NCBI RefSeq assembly: GCF_035084215.1
Contig: NC_090346.1
Location: 4,898,001-4,962,000 of the forward strand
DNA from: Heptranchias perlo
Taxonomy: Eukaryota
Reading direction: 5' to 3'
Length of the DNA stretch: 64,000 bases
The notes below the pieces were generated by a model. It was not told where the DNA came from. It made no database searches and was given only the letters and a program-made list of their open reading frames with translations. A program made the position numbers and the translations under genes. Positions 11,707 through 25,234 of the stretch are shown here, piece by piece; position 1 is the first letter of the stretch, and each line of letters begins with the position of its first letter.

Positions 11707-13493
11707 CAATGGACAATTAAACAACTAACTGGAGGAGGAGGCTCTGAAAACATCCCCATCCTCAATGATGGAGTCCAGCACGTGAGTGCAAAAGACAAGT
11801 ATGAAGCGTTTGCAGACATCTTCAGCCAGAAATGCCGAGTGGATGATCCATCTCGGTCTCCACCCGATATCCCCACCATCACAGAAGCCAGTCTTCAGCC
11901 AATTCAATTCACTCCACGTGATATCAAGAAACGGCTGAGTGCACTGGATATAGCAAAGGCTATGGGCCCCGACAACATCCCGGCTGTAGTGCTGAAGACT
12001 TGTGCTCCAGAACTAGCTGTGCCTCTAGCCAAGCTGTTCCAGTACAGCTACAACACTTGCATCTACCCGACAATGTGGAAAATTGCCCAGGTATGACCTG
12101 TCCACAAAAAGCAGGACAAATCCAATCCGGCCAATTACCGCCCCATCAGTCTACTCTCAATCATCAGCAAAGTGATGGAAGGTGTCGTCGACAGCGCTAT
12201 CAAGCGGCACTTACTCACCAATAACCTGCTCACCGATGCTCAGTTTGGGTTCCGCCAGGACCACTCGGCTCCAGACCTCATTGCAGCCTTGGTCCAAACA
12301 TGGACAAAAGAGCTGAATTCCAGAGGTGAGGTGAGAGTGACTGCCCTTGACATCAAGGCAGCATTTGACTGAGTGTGGCACCAAGGAGCCCTAGTAAAAT
12401 TGAAGTCAATGGGAATCAGGGGGAAAACTCTCCAGTGGCTGGAGTCATACCTAGCACAAAGGAAAATGGTAGCGGTTGTTGGAGGCCAATCATCTCAGCC
12501 CCAGAACATTCCTGCAGGAGTTCCTCAGGGCAGTGTCCTAGGCCCAACCATCTTCAGCTGCTTCATCAATGACCCTTCCCTCCATCATAAAGTCAGAAAT
12601 GGGGATGTTCGCTGATGATTGTAGTGTTCAGTTCCATTCGCAACCCCGCAAATAATGAAGCAGTCCGAGCCCGCATGCAGCAAGACCTGGACAACTAGGC
12701 TTGGGCTGATAAGTGGCAAGTAACATTCGCTTCAGACAAGTGCCAGGCAATGACCATCTCCAGCGAGAGAGAGTCTAGCCACCTCCCCATGACATTCAAC
12801 GGCCGAATCCCCCACCATCAACATCCTGGGGGTCACCATTGACCAGAAACTTAACTGGACTAGCCGTATAAATACTGTGGCTACAAGAGCAGGTCAGAGG
12901 CTGGGTATTCTGCGGCGAGTGACTCACCTCCTGACTCCCCAAAGCCTTTCCACCATCTACAAGGCACAAGTCAGGAGTGTGATGGAATACTCTCCACTTG
13001 CCTGGATGCTTGCAGCTCCAACAACACTCAAGAAGCTCGACATCATCCAGGACAAAGCAGCCTGCTTGATTGGCACCCCATCCACCACCCTAAACATTCA
13101 CTCCCTTCACCACCGGCGCACTGTGGCTGCAGTGTGTACCATCCACAGGATGCACTGCAGCAACTCGCCAAGGCTTCTTCGACAGCACCTCCCAAACCCA
13201 CGACCTCTACCACCTAGAAGGACAAGAGCAGCAGGCACATGGGAACAACACCACCTGCACGTTCCCCTCCAAGTCACACACCATCACGTCTTGGGAAATA
13301 TATCGCCGTTCCTTCATCGTCGCTGGGTCAAAATCCTGGAACTCCCTTCCTAACAGCACTGTGGGAGAACCTTCACCACACGGACTGCAGCGGTTCAAGA
13401 ACGCTGCTCACCACCACCTTCTGAAGGGCAATTAGGGATGGGCAATAAATGCAGGCCTCGCCAGCGACGCCCGCATCCCATGAACGAATAAAG
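11707..13493 (+). mobile_element. 5'-truncated CR1/L2-group non-LTR retrotransposon (RT domain and 3' UTR), disabled
   Basis: ORF pieces KAMGPDNIP, QFGFR, LDIKAAFD, GVPQGSVLGP and YKAQVRSVMEY, plus NYRPISL and FADD read from the DNA between ORFs. In-frame stops at 12094 and 12370 plus frameshifts. 3' end gggcaataaatg...catcccatgaacgaataaa. Confidence 0.92.
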
Positions 13494-13804
13494 AACATGT
13501 TTTTTATAACATTATTTGTCATTATTGTTGATTTGCTTAATCTTATTTTCGGTGTGTGATACAAATTGTATGTAAGTGTTCTATTATTGTTGATCTATTG
13601 TGTGCATGGTGATGCTGACCTGTTACTTCTATTTTTTTTTAGTTTTCTTTGCATTTTTGCCTGTGTTTTTCTCTCCTTGCATTTTGTAACTATTGCTATG
13701 TAATTGAAAATACCATGATAAGGTCCTAAAGTGGCCCTATTTCCAGAAATTTGTCTAAGATGTATCCGCCGACCCCATTCACTCTTTTAAAAAAAAATTT
13801 TTGG

Positions 13805-14165
13805 TGCAGTAGGTGCACAATGGGTTAATGCATTCTCTTCACCTTGAGATTTGAGTTCAAATCCAACACATAGTGATGTGTTCGCGGTCTCTTCTGCTTG
13901 CTATCTTTTTGATGTAGGCTACATGAAATGAGTAGCGGCAGTCTCAATCTATTTCCTTAGTGAGGACCCACAATGCAACACCAGCCATTATTTGGTATCA
14001 AATTGTGTGTACTCTCAAAGAAGCGATAAACATGATGGATGAGGAAAATGGAAAAGTTCACACTGGTAGAATAGGGGGTAATCTCCAGAGGTTGGGGTTA
14101 AGGCACCTTGTTAGAGCCGAGTAAAGGGAGCTTTGCTCATTATCTGGCTGTGCTATGCTTGATTT
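13805..14165 (+). mobile_element. Old tRNA-derived SINE-like remnant
   Basis: B-box-like gagttcaaatcc at about 13853-13864 with a degraded A-box-like segment upstream. Family not identified. Confidence 0.35.
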
Positions 14166-16199
14166 GGCAGTGCACGATAAATGCTTTTACATTTAAAAAC
14201 TGCAGCCAACGCCAAATGCATTGTTCTCTCATCGTAGACTGCGTTAGTAATATAAATTTGCTGACATACCTTGTTCTGTTGGAAGCAGAGAAAATACTTT
14301 AATAATTAACACATAGAAATAGTTTCAATAGTTTCTTCAGAATTAGCCCATATAAAAATGGGCATTTTTTTCTGACTAATTACAACAATTCTCCCACTGA
14401 TACAATTTATTTACATAAATGCAAGTACAGCATTCAGATTACAAAATACTACTCATTATTTTTCCAAGCAGTGCAATTGACTGCAAAAAATTCTACTAAA
14501 GCTCTTGGAATTAGAAGTATTTGTTTTAAAGTGGAGTTAGATCATTTGGTTGGCATTGAAAGACTCACTGATTTATTCATTAGAGTAATATGACATGTTT
14601 TCTGTCATTAATTTTCTCTGATGCCGTAGCACCCTTTTAGTGATCATTGACAATATGTTAAGTCCCTGTAAAAAAAAACCTCACAATTTGTTGCACTTCA
14701 GTGTTTCACCAGTGTCCTCACCAATCTGATATAAAGAACATGTGCTACTCTGAGTCCTGTGCACTGTAGCACCTTTGTTACAAACTGCTGTGACACTGAA
14801 TGATATTAACTTAAAAGAGAAAATTTTTTTTAGGGGGAATTCAATTCAAAGCGCTTCCTACCCTATCTAAGTGAAAAGTGATTTAAATAATCTGCTCTTT
14901 CTTAAGAGACAATCTTATATTTATTTCTCTTTTTAATCCTTATGGATTTTCATCATTTTGAGTCCCCAATCTCTGCAAGCAGCTTTCCTACCTTTGTCAG
15001 CAATGTGTGCATCTACAGTGGTCATCTCGAGGCAGCATCTGGGCCAATTCAGAATGCAGATAGGGAAGCATTTGAAGTAGAAGAATAGATATTGCTTTAC
15101 ATAAAGGGAGTGTCATTCCCAGCCAGTCTTGTGCATCTCCTAGTGGCTATTTCAGAGAAGCGTTGGTGGAGGTCTGAGGGCAGGTCAGCCACCAACTCTC
15201 TTGGGTAACCATAGAATTTGAAGACAAATTAAGGAAGCTCAATTTCAAATAATATAATTTTAAAAAGTAATTAGCTACTGTAAATATTAGACAATATTTA
15301 TAATAAATAAAAGTGCAAAAAACATCTTAAAACTATGTACAGTAGCGCAAATGTCATTATTTCAGTCCAGTTTCTAATCCATAAATCCACACCAGTATTA
15401 CTTTATGATTTCAATAAAAATAAGTTGTGACAATTTTTATGGGAGCATCACTGTTGTAGCATTGAGCACTATATAATTGCATTTACAGATCAAAATTACT
15501 GAAGAACCAATTTACAACACATTAATTATTCTGTCATAGCTTTATAATATTCAGTGTTAGAAATTTACTGAAACTGTATGACTTTACACAAGGTGGAAAA
15601 CAAGCATATTTTGATAAGTTATAACAAATGTAAAGCAATACAGAATTTTTTTCCCGGAGAGTTCATGTGAAGGAGATTAATACACCTCAGGTTCACAGTT
15701 ACTGCTTTTGGTTTCTATCAGTTCCAGTATTTCAAGAAAATAATCTGTTTGACATCAGTTTAAGAAATCAAAAATACAATTTATTGTAGTTTATTAATAT
15801 TTAGGTCATATTAGGTTATTTGTTTTCAAAAATAAAAACTACAAACAATACACAGCAGAACTTAGTTATAATACATTTCCCTCATCTTAATTGATGCTCT
15901 GTTACGATCATAGATAGACCTGTTGATTGTAAGCCTCACTCCTAATTTTTCCTTGACATGGATAGCCCATAGTCAGTAAAGGAGCTCATGCTTGGGTAAT
16001 ATCAACCTCTCTTCATAAATTTGCAAAAACAAGGCTTGACTATGGAACAAATATATAATTGTACTGGTGGATCACCCATGTATTTGCTCATGGTAAGTCT
16101 GAAGATCTGTTTAGTAATGATTGTGCATTACATGGTGTAATGCTCCTATGTATTATTCTTCTGCTAAGGTGGAGTTGATGTCCATTTAACGCCACAAGA

Positions 16200-16545
16200 C
16201 ATACTTGCTGTAATGAAGGGATGGGACAGAGTCGATAGAAACAGACTGTTTCTAGTATTTGAGGGGTCTAGATATAAAATAGCATGTACAAGATTTAGGA
16301 CATACTGTGGAGAAACTTTTTTATACACAAGATTGTGAGGCTATAGAATGCACTACAGGAGTTAGTGATTGAAGCAGAGACCATTTCAGAACAGGGAAGA
16401 TAGGTGGTTGAAGCAAAGGGGAATAAAGGGATATCGGGACAGGATGGGCACATGAGATTAATACTACTAATCCTGTGGAGGGTAAACTCCAACACGGACT
16501 GGTTGGGCTGAACTGTCTGCTTCCGTGTTGTAATTTCTATGTAAT
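16200..16545 (+). mobile_element. Degraded CR1 3' end
   Basis: aatgaagggatgggacagagtcgatag ... aaacttttttatacaca ... ggttgggctgaac ... ttctatg tail. Confidence 0.7.
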
Positions 16546-16807
16546 CAGGATAATTAAGCGTTGATGTGGAAGCTTTTCTCTAGATTGAAAGGTGCTTGTA
16601 AATCCCTGGCTCCAGAAGGTTAGAAGAAATCAGCAGCAAACAGTGACTTTTTTTTAATATACTTTTTAATAAAATTATGAAGCAGAAGTTTGCATTTGTG
16701 ATTCAAGTGTGCATTAGATTTTTACTGATAATGTGTAGATATTTAATATTTTTATCGTAGAAGTACAAATACATTCCATTTGGTAACTTTTTGTTTACCT
16801 TCTTTAG

Positions 16808-16939
16808 ATATTGGAACAGAGAGATATACTTTTACTTTCACAATTCGAGATGGTCCAAGTTACTTCATCAATGTAGTTTCCTGGGGGAGAGAAGAATACG
16901 TAAGAGGGCTGTCTAACAGTTTCAGAATTGGGGATTGTG
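16808..16939 (+). CDS. MEIOB: MEIOB coding exon 3 ([44 protein letters not shown])
   Basis: tttAG acceptor, 132 nt, GTATGT donor at 16940. Strong similarity to the first OB fold of MEIOB. Confidence 0.96.
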
Positions 16940-18221
16940 GTATGTTTTAAGTAACTGATCTTTTATAAAAGAAATTTAAAAATCAGAAACATTTGATCGG
17001 TAGCGAATTTTCCAGGTGTATTCAGTGTCATACAGTTGTATTATTTTGGAGAAAAGGGACCTCATTCAAAATATTTCTGTTAAGTGATCCACATACATAT
17101 TGACTTTTGACAAATTGTCACATCCCAAATTTTGCTTAAAAAACTGTCACACTCAACTTCTTTAACTTTTTGTTAGCTGGTTCTAAATGCGGATCGTTTT
17201 TAGCTTCTCAGATTCTCTGACTCTTACAGGATGCTCTTTCATATTTTGATGCTAAATAGAAATATTTTTTCTACAATATCTCCCCTCCATATTCCTCATG
17301 AAGAAAATTATTTATTCTGGGAAATAGTTCTATATGTATCAGCAGCCCTAAGATGTTTTACTCAAATATCCATTTTTCAGGGAAAAGATTTCAGAGGCCC
17401 TGCACCACCACGTATTGGGTGCTTATTAGAAAATCGTAGCAATACACCCGTGATTCTATGATGAGCTGCCCGCTGCATGTGGGTCTTGGAAAATTCTGTC
17501 AGCCAGATCAGTGACTATTGACAACTATACACACTTTCCCTAGGGTTTCTGGATATCAATCAAGAATCCAGTATTTTGCAAATTGCTATTTTTCACATAT
17601 TTTAGGAGTTACGAGGAACGCTGGAAATGTTTTTAATAGACTCCTTGAGAAACAAATTCTGGTATTCATTCCATCAAATGTTGTCTTTGAATTGACTTTT
17701 TTTAACTTCATTTTACAGGATTATACTTTTTGTGGCTTCTGTTATCTTTTCCTTTTCGGATTACATCAATCAAATTAACTTTATGTTGGTGCAGCTTTCA
17801 AGAGCTTAGATTCAAACCAGAAGTAACTTGAGGCTCACTTTTCACTACGTGCACTATACAAGACCTATGTCAAGTCTCCTGGGCAGAAAAGATTGGCTTG
17901 GATGACTTAGGCTGTGGTTTTGCCTGCAGCCAGTTATCTTCTGTTGAGCAGGGATCAGCATCATTCCTGCTCCTGGATGCTGATCCCAGGAAAAAGAATT
18001 GTACAAAATAATTTAATTGATGCAGTGCACCACATGCAAGATGCAAACCAGCCAGACTTGTTTGATTTTCATTCTGTTTCCTTCAATTTTTGTAATAAGT
18101 TTTTTTTTGCTAAGCTTAAGTGAAGAAAATTCATATCCGAGACACCATATTAAGCGATTACTATCAGAGTATTTCCTAATTTTTTTCCTGTCAGGCTGGT
18201 TCTTTAAATGATCTGAGACAT

Positions 18222-18886
18222 GGGGCATGATTTTGACCCCAAGACAGGAAGGAGGCGGGGGGGTCATCAAATTGCGGACTGGAAACGTGGAAGCACAGGT
18301 TTCCCAGACGTCCTTACGATTTTGACGTAAGGATGTCTTTTTTTTTGTCGGTTTGCCATCCGACTGACCGGCCTGATTGACAGGCTGGCCTCAGTCGGAC
18401 GCAAGAGAGAGGACGTGTTCATGTAAGTCTTTAGGTAAGTCTTTGTATGGATTGGGGGGGGGGGGGCCACGGTTGGGGGGGGGTGATGTCGGGATCGGGG
18501 GTCCGCAATCGTTGAGGGGGGGTCAGAGATCGTTGTGGGGGGGTCACTGCAGGTAGGCTTGTTGGGCCTGGGGGATGTACTCCCGCTCCTCCAAGCCCAC
18601 AAGCTGTGCCAGGAAGGCACATACCTGTTAGTTTTGGGCATTCTCGCCGTCTTTCACGTGGCATAAAAGAGAAGGCCTGAGAATCCCGCCCCCCAGGGGT
18701 TGAAATTGGAAACTCTGGAAAAATGGAGGTCCGGTGCCTCCTTGAAAGGTTTTAATCACCAACTGGACTCCTGGAAGCGGTTTGGTATCCCACCCCGGTG
18801 AAAACCGGAAGTGGGCAGGTCCGAAATGATTGCGATTTTGAATGCCCCCCCAACCCACCCATTTTTCCCTTTTAAAATCGTAGCCC
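18222..18886. mobile_element. Non-autonomous DNA transposon (Harbinger-type MITE)
   Basis: Imperfect terminal inverted repeats ggggcatgatttt / aaaatcgtagccc. Internal G tracts. Shares a core sequence, in reverse orientation, with the 41.7 and 54.8 kb elements. Confidence 0.7.
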
Positions 18887-19438
18887 ATGAAATTAAATGG
18901 ATTATGTTTCTCATTCATATATTAAAAAATTCTACCTTCAGAATCAAAAGGATACTCTCCTGTATAAAGAACCTACAATGCCAGCTCTTTTGGAGATACC
19001 GTTTAAAATCAGATCAATGGAAATATTAATTTTCTTATTAACATAAAGGTGTGGACAGAATATTAAGCATAATTTAGAGATATACTGGGTTAAATGTCTT
19101 GAATTGTTTTCAAAATATCACTGTTATGGGTAAGTCAAATATTTACCTTTTTTAAAAAGAACAATGCTCTCTTCACAGCTATTTTATACTTATTTTACCC
19201 CCTTTAGATTTCTCGGTTTTATTAACACAACTTGTTCCTTATGTCCAATAACCAATCTTGAGATTACCACTTGGATGCCTTCAAGCAACCTAGGTTGATT
19301 TGCTCCAGGATTTTTTTCCCTCTCATTTCTTTGGCACCTCCTCCCCAACTATATGTGATCTTATTGTGATACGAATTCTCAAAAATTTTAATTCTGTGTA
19401 TTTACCGATAAAAGTATTTTTAATATCTTTTTTGTTAG

Positions 19439-19511
19439 TTGTAATTGAAAATCCACTAGTGCAGGCTAAAGATACAGAAAAGGAAGAAAGATTCAGCCCA
19501 TCTACTTCAAG
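19439..19511 (+). CDS. MEIOB: MEIOB coding exon 4 (VVIENPLVQAKDTEKEERFSPSTS)
   Basis: ttAG acceptor, 73 nt, GTATGT donor at 19512. Lies within ORF 19300..19548. Confidence 0.95.
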
Positions 19512-19859
19512 GTATGTTAAAAATCATATTTTCACTACACAATTATAATATTTATGCTGAGAAGCCATCTGGCATAATTAAAATTGGGAAGTGACTTAAT
19601 GGATATAGTTCCTGGTTAAATATAGCTAAAATACCCATGTTACTTTATCCTCAGCATATACTTGGGGGGAGGGAGGGGGGAACTATAACAAGACCATAAT
19701 TTTGATCCTATACTGAGATGTCCCTTCTTGATGTCACTCTTGCATATCAACTCCACAGTGCTGCTTGAAATGCAAATTTCATATTCAATAGATCAGATCT
19801 GCAGTAGTTCTTCATGGCATGTAAATTGAGATAATTCGAAGAGTGAAACTTTGAAAAAT

Positions 19860-21880
19860 TAATTGGAGACCATTGAGAAGTGCAGGTCAAGAAAATCTGC
19901 TGATCATCACTGACCACCCTCCTGATGAATCGGTACTCCTCCATGTTGAACACCATTTGGAGAAACACTGAAAGAAGCAAGGTCACAGAATGTATTCTGG
20001 ATGGGGGGGCTTAAATGTCCCCTACCAACAGTGGTTCAGTGTTACCACCACTGACTCAAGCTGGCCGAATCCTGAAGGACGTAGCTGCCAGAGTGGGCCT
20101 GCATCAGTTGGTGAGAGAATCATAATGAGAGAGTAATCTATGTGATCTCACACTGACTGACCTACCAGTTGCAGAAACGTCTGTCCATGTTAGTATTAGA
20201 ACGAGTGACCACTACACCACTCTTGTGAAGATAAAGTCTTGTCTCTACAGTGAGGATACCCTTCATCGTGTAGTGTGGCACTAACATCATACTTAGTGGG
20301 ACAGACTAAGAACAAATCTAGCAGTCCAAAACTGGGAAACTAAGAGCTGCTATGGGCTATCATTAACGGAATTGTATACCGATACAATCTGTAACCTCGT
20401 GGCACTGCACATTCCGCACTCCTCTATCACCATCAAGATGGACGACTAATCCTGGTTCAATGAGAAATGTAGAAAAACATGCCAGAAACAATACCAGGCA
20501 TACCTTAGAATGAGGCATCAACCTAGTGGAACTACAATACAGGGCTAAACACCAAAAGCAGCATGCTATAGACTGAGCTAATTGATCCCACCACCAAACT
20601 ATCCGATCAATTAATGGGAGGAGGCGCTATGACCATCTCCGTCGTCAATCATGGTGGAACCCAGCAAGTGCAAGCAAAAGATAAGGCTGAAGTACTTGCT
20701 AAAAATGCTGAGTGGACAGTCCTATTCTGACTCTGATATCAAGGTCCCCACCACTATAGATGCCACTGTTCAGCCAATTATGTTCACGATGCATGACATT
20801 AAGAAGTGGCTGAGTGCAATGGGCATAGTGAAGGCTGTAGTGCTGAAGATGTGTGTGCCAGAACTGTCCCCTTAGCCAAGCAAATCCATCATGGATAGTG
20901 CAGCTATGACACTGGCATCCAGCTTGGTAATGTGGAAAATTACCCAGGTATGTCCTATTCACAAATCTAACCTGGGCCAGTTGCCTCCATTATTAGCCTC
21001 TTACCAATTATCAGCAAAGTGGTGGAAGAAGTTAGCAATATTGCCATCAAGCGGCAGTCACTTACCAATAACCTGCTCGTCGATGATCAGTTCAGGTTTT
21101 GCCAGAACCACTCAACTCCCAATCTCATCATAACTTTGATCCAGTGGACAGGTGAGAGTAACTGTCCTTGACATCAAGACAGCATGCGACCGGGTATAGC
21201 ACCAAGGAATCCTTACAAAACTGAGGTCAGTAGGAGCCATGGGGAAACCCTTCCAAAGGCTGAAGTCGTATTTAACAAACAGGAAGATGGTTATGGTTAT
21301 CAGAGGTCAATCATCACAACTCCAGGACAACACTGTAGTAGCTCTTCAGGGCAGCATCCTCAGCCCACCCATCTTCAGCTTTTTCATCAATGGAAGGTCA
21401 TTGACCATCATTCGGCTAGGAGTGGGGCTGTTTGCTGACCACAGTGTTCCGCTCCATTCAAAACACCTCCAATAATGAAGCAGCCCATGCCAGCTTATAG
21501 CAGGACTTGGTCAACACCCAGGCTTGGTCTACAAGTGGTAGGTAACATTTGTGCCACATAAATGCCAGGCAGTGACCAATAAGAAAAAGCCCAATCACCT
21601 CCTCTGACCTTCAACAGCACCACCCTTGTCGAATCTCCCACCATCAACATCTTGGGGGTCATCATTGACTACAGGTTTAACTAGACCTGTCATATCAATA
21701 GCAGAGCAGGACAGAGGCTGCCTGCTCTGTGATGAGTGGCTCACCTCGACCCCTTAGAACCTCCGCCATGTACAAGGCTTAAGTCAGGAGTCCAATGAAA
21801 TACTTGCCACTCGCCTGGATGGTACAGCGACAATAACACTCAAGAAGCTCCAGGACAGAGAAGTGCACTTGATCAGACTT
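19860..21880 (+). mobile_element. Older degraded copy of the same CR1/L2-group LINE as 11707-13493, with endonuclease and RT remnants
   Basis: SVLLHVEHHL read from the DNA at about 19931-19960 and a GDFN-like remnant near 20005. ORF pieces HDIKKWLSA, MWKITQVCPIHK and QGSILSP are colinear with the younger copy. Confidence 0.85.
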
Positions 21881-22425
21881 ACTGTGACAAATTGTATGCA
21901 TGAGGCTTACAGAGTGATAGAAATACAGAGAGAGATAAAGTGCAAGATGCATACAGAGGTTGAGAACGAGGGAGAAAAAAAACAAGTCATATATAGAAAT
22001 AATAAAAGTGTGTGAGAGCTATACAGAAGCAGAGAAAAGAGGCACTTATTTCAGTTTTGTCCATGAACAATGTCATAGATCAAACAGTTCAATTTTATAA
22101 TTATTCAAATATTACTGTTGACTTACATTTATTTTTTATGCATTGAATTTACAGAATTGCACTTTGGTGTGAAATTAGTTTAATAGCCGCTCAAGTGAAG
22201 TTTTTTCAAACGTAAATTTAGCTTTGTGCCAACGATGGGGTTGAAAAGATTTATAACAACTTAAAAAGATGGATAACGTACATTTTTTGGAACAAATAGG
22301 ATCTATTTTAGAAATTGAAATATTTTAACAGAATAGTGATGTACATAATTACTCGAGCATTTTTTTCTGATTCATCCTGCTGATGAAACATTTGACATTA
22401 ATACTGCTTGTTGTTTCATATTTAG

Positions 22426-22621
22426 TTACTACAGACTTTTGGTCAGTGAGAACTTTTCAACGGTCAGAATGTGCCATGATGTGGAGGTTGAAACCAGGCT
22501 TCTCTCCTTGTTGCATTTGCCTGTGAAGGACCCTCAGGATTATTATTCACTTGGAGATATTGTTCATAATGGGCAAAGCCTGAATGGAAACATTATCAAC
22601 ATACTGGCATCAGTCAGATCG
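22426..22621 (+). CDS. MEIOB: MEIOB coding exon 5 ([16 protein letters not shown]...[28 protein letters not shown])
   Basis: tttAG acceptor, 196 nt, GTGGGT donor at 22622. Overlaps ORF 22439..22633. Confidence 0.96.
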
Positions 22622-23076
22622 GTGGGTTTTTAGTAACTAAAAATATAATGGATAGTATCTTCTATCAAAATATACACCAACACATAAATTCTGTATGAGT
22701 TTGTTAGAAGAAAAATTACTTCTATTTTTTATATTCCTTTTAAGTGTCTAAAACATTCTTCAATTAATGCTATATGTTGGCGCTGACAATTTTTTTGAGC
22801 TTTTTGTTTTAAAAAGAGGTGCTCGCCATCAGTATTTTTTTAACTTAGTAATTTCAAAAAATAGATTATTTTCAGCATTCTTTTTATTATATATTTCTGA
22901 TGGTTTTTATTTTAGTTTGTGATTGCTGATGACATCTTCTGGGAATTGGCATAGAGGAGTTATTGAAACTGAAGGTGACATAAATTAATATGTGCAGCCA
23001 AATGCGAAGATTACAGAAAGATTCTGGGTAAATGATATCTATTGACATTTCAGCTCCCTCAAAAGCCAGAAACACT

Positions 23077-24386
23077 GGGGGTGAAATTGGATCTCGTTGC
23101 GTTTAATTTCCGGGCAGAAAACGGACGTGAAGAGGCCCAATTTGTGGAACCAACCTCCCGTGCCCAAACAACATTGGAAATGGGTCTGATGCCATATTGG
23201 TTTGGGTGCTGTCGAGCCGTCTCTGGCAACTGCCTAAAATAGGTGTTATACTCCTTGAATATGCTAATAAGGAGCCTAATGCTCGCTTTAGGATCCAAGC
23301 TGGAAATTGGTTTGCCCTGAACATGGCAGGTATCAGGCTTGCTGCGTTCAGGATTACCAGGTCTACATGCGGCCTAAGTAACAGTCCTTAAATGGACCGC
23401 TGGATGCTGCCACTAGAAGGGTACGGTTTGTAAAAAAAAATCTTACCTTAATGTGGAGCCAGGGGGAGTAGGAGTGCTCCTCCCGACCCACATTGCCGCT
23501 GCCAGCGACTACTTGCTCCCCTCCCGATTGGATGGTGGTGAGAAAGGCCCTCCCAGTGCGGTCCTTCCAACACGCACGGAACCTCAGCACCACCATGAGC
23601 TGCCCTCGAGGCTGTGGCGGGGAGGAGACTGTCGTCCACCTCCTGATGGGCTGCCCCTTTGCGCAGAGGGTATGGAGAGAGATGCGTTGGTATCTGTCCT
23701 GGTTCATCCCAAACAGTTCGGTAACACAGGACGCTGTGCTTTACGGGCTGAACCCCGGGTCGCACATCGAGACACATACCACCTGCGGCTGGAAGACCAT
23801 CAACTCAGTGGAGGAGGCCCTTTGGTCCGCCCAAAACATGCTAGTCTTCCAGCTAAAGGAGCTGTCTACGACCAAGTGTTGCCAACTGGAATACCCCAAG
23901 GTCCAGGAGTACATGCTGTGGGACGCACTAAAGTGAGGTTCGACCTAGGCAAAGGCTCTATGGGAAAAGGCCACTGTGTACGGCCACCCCACCTTGCATT
24001 GTACACGTGAGTCGTAAGAAATACTGTGTTTGAATTGTAATAATGAGGTCGCCTTGGGTAAGATCTGTAGTGTTTTGGTTTGAATTGTACTGGTTTGGAA
24101 TTGTGGTTGAACTGTGTACCTTTAAATTCTATGAAATAAAGTATATTTTGAAATTACAAAAGCCTCCTTTAGGACCTCGGCTGGCCTCCCAGCCTGCCGA
24201 TCGTGCTCCCCCCGTGACCAGCAAGCTGTCTCTGGGGCCAGGACTGATGCCTGCAGCTCGCCAGTACTATCCTAATGAGGCCAGTGGACTAATTTGTCAT
24301 GGTCCTGCTGCTGGCCTCATTAGGCGCATGCAGTATGCGCTGCACTGGGATCGTGCCCCAATTCTGGCTCGATCCATTTTCCAGGC
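23077..24386. mobile_element. Harbinger-type MITE carrying a nested Tx1-like fragment
   Basis: Ends ggggtgaaattggatc / gatccattttccaggc are imperfect inverted repeats. Shares the gagtaggagtgctcc core with the other MITEs. Confidence 0.6.
23528..24161 (+). mobile_element. Tx1/L1-clade LINE 3' fragment (C-terminal CCHC zinc knuckle of ORF2 and 3' UTR)
   Basis: ORF 23493..23936 contains CPRGCGGEETVVHLLMGCPFAQRVW (zf-RVT-like). AATAAA at about 24135 and a short A-rich end. Confidence 0.8.
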
Positions 24387-25234
24387 TAATAACTTTTCCC
24401 AATCACTTCCCCTGATTATGCAATCAACACTACTTTAAACAAAAATATGTATAAAAAAGGATGTATGTTAATCATAATTCTTTTGACGGTTTAATTTTTT
24501 TAAAGCTACAGATGGTGAAACACCCACTTTTTTGATCAATTCACTGGAAGCTTATAAGATTCCTTAAAATCTTATCTATTTTTTACACAGTTTAGAATAA
24601 TCATCTTTGTTCTACATTTTCAATGTCCTTCACAAACCATGGATCGGAGCCAGCAATTGGAAAGCTTGGGTTTCACTTTAAATTTTCACCAGGGTACTTC
24701 TAAATGTTCTCATGCCCCCTCAGCACTTTATAAGGGTTTACTCTCAAACTACAGTTTACTGTCTGTTTCTACTGTCACTGGAAGTAGTTGCTTACCATTA
24801 TGCTAACACGCAAAGTAGCCAAATTAACAGTTTGAAATAATTATGTGTATTTGCGTTCAATTTGAAACAGCTGTAAAGTTTTCAAAATTTATTTTCAAGT
24901 AGTATACATTCAGCAATTTCATTCTTGAACTGTACAGATTACAAGCACTCTGAAAATATGACGATCATTGATATTTGCAGTCCCAAGATATAATTGCCTG
25001 GATTTTCCTTGGATTGGCAGGTTAGCGATGATGTGGGACCTCTGCCCCGTCCATTTGACTCTGCCGCAAACCTGCTGTTTTTTTTTCTGGTCCTTAATTA
25101 AGTATGTGGTGCAGGCTAGGAGCAATGACACCGTTCCTTATTGGATGGAGGGAATTAGCACCGCACCTAATTAAAGGGGGGCCTGTATTTTTGGAGAGGA
25201 CAAGCAGTCTCAGTGGGGAGATGATATTTTCAAC

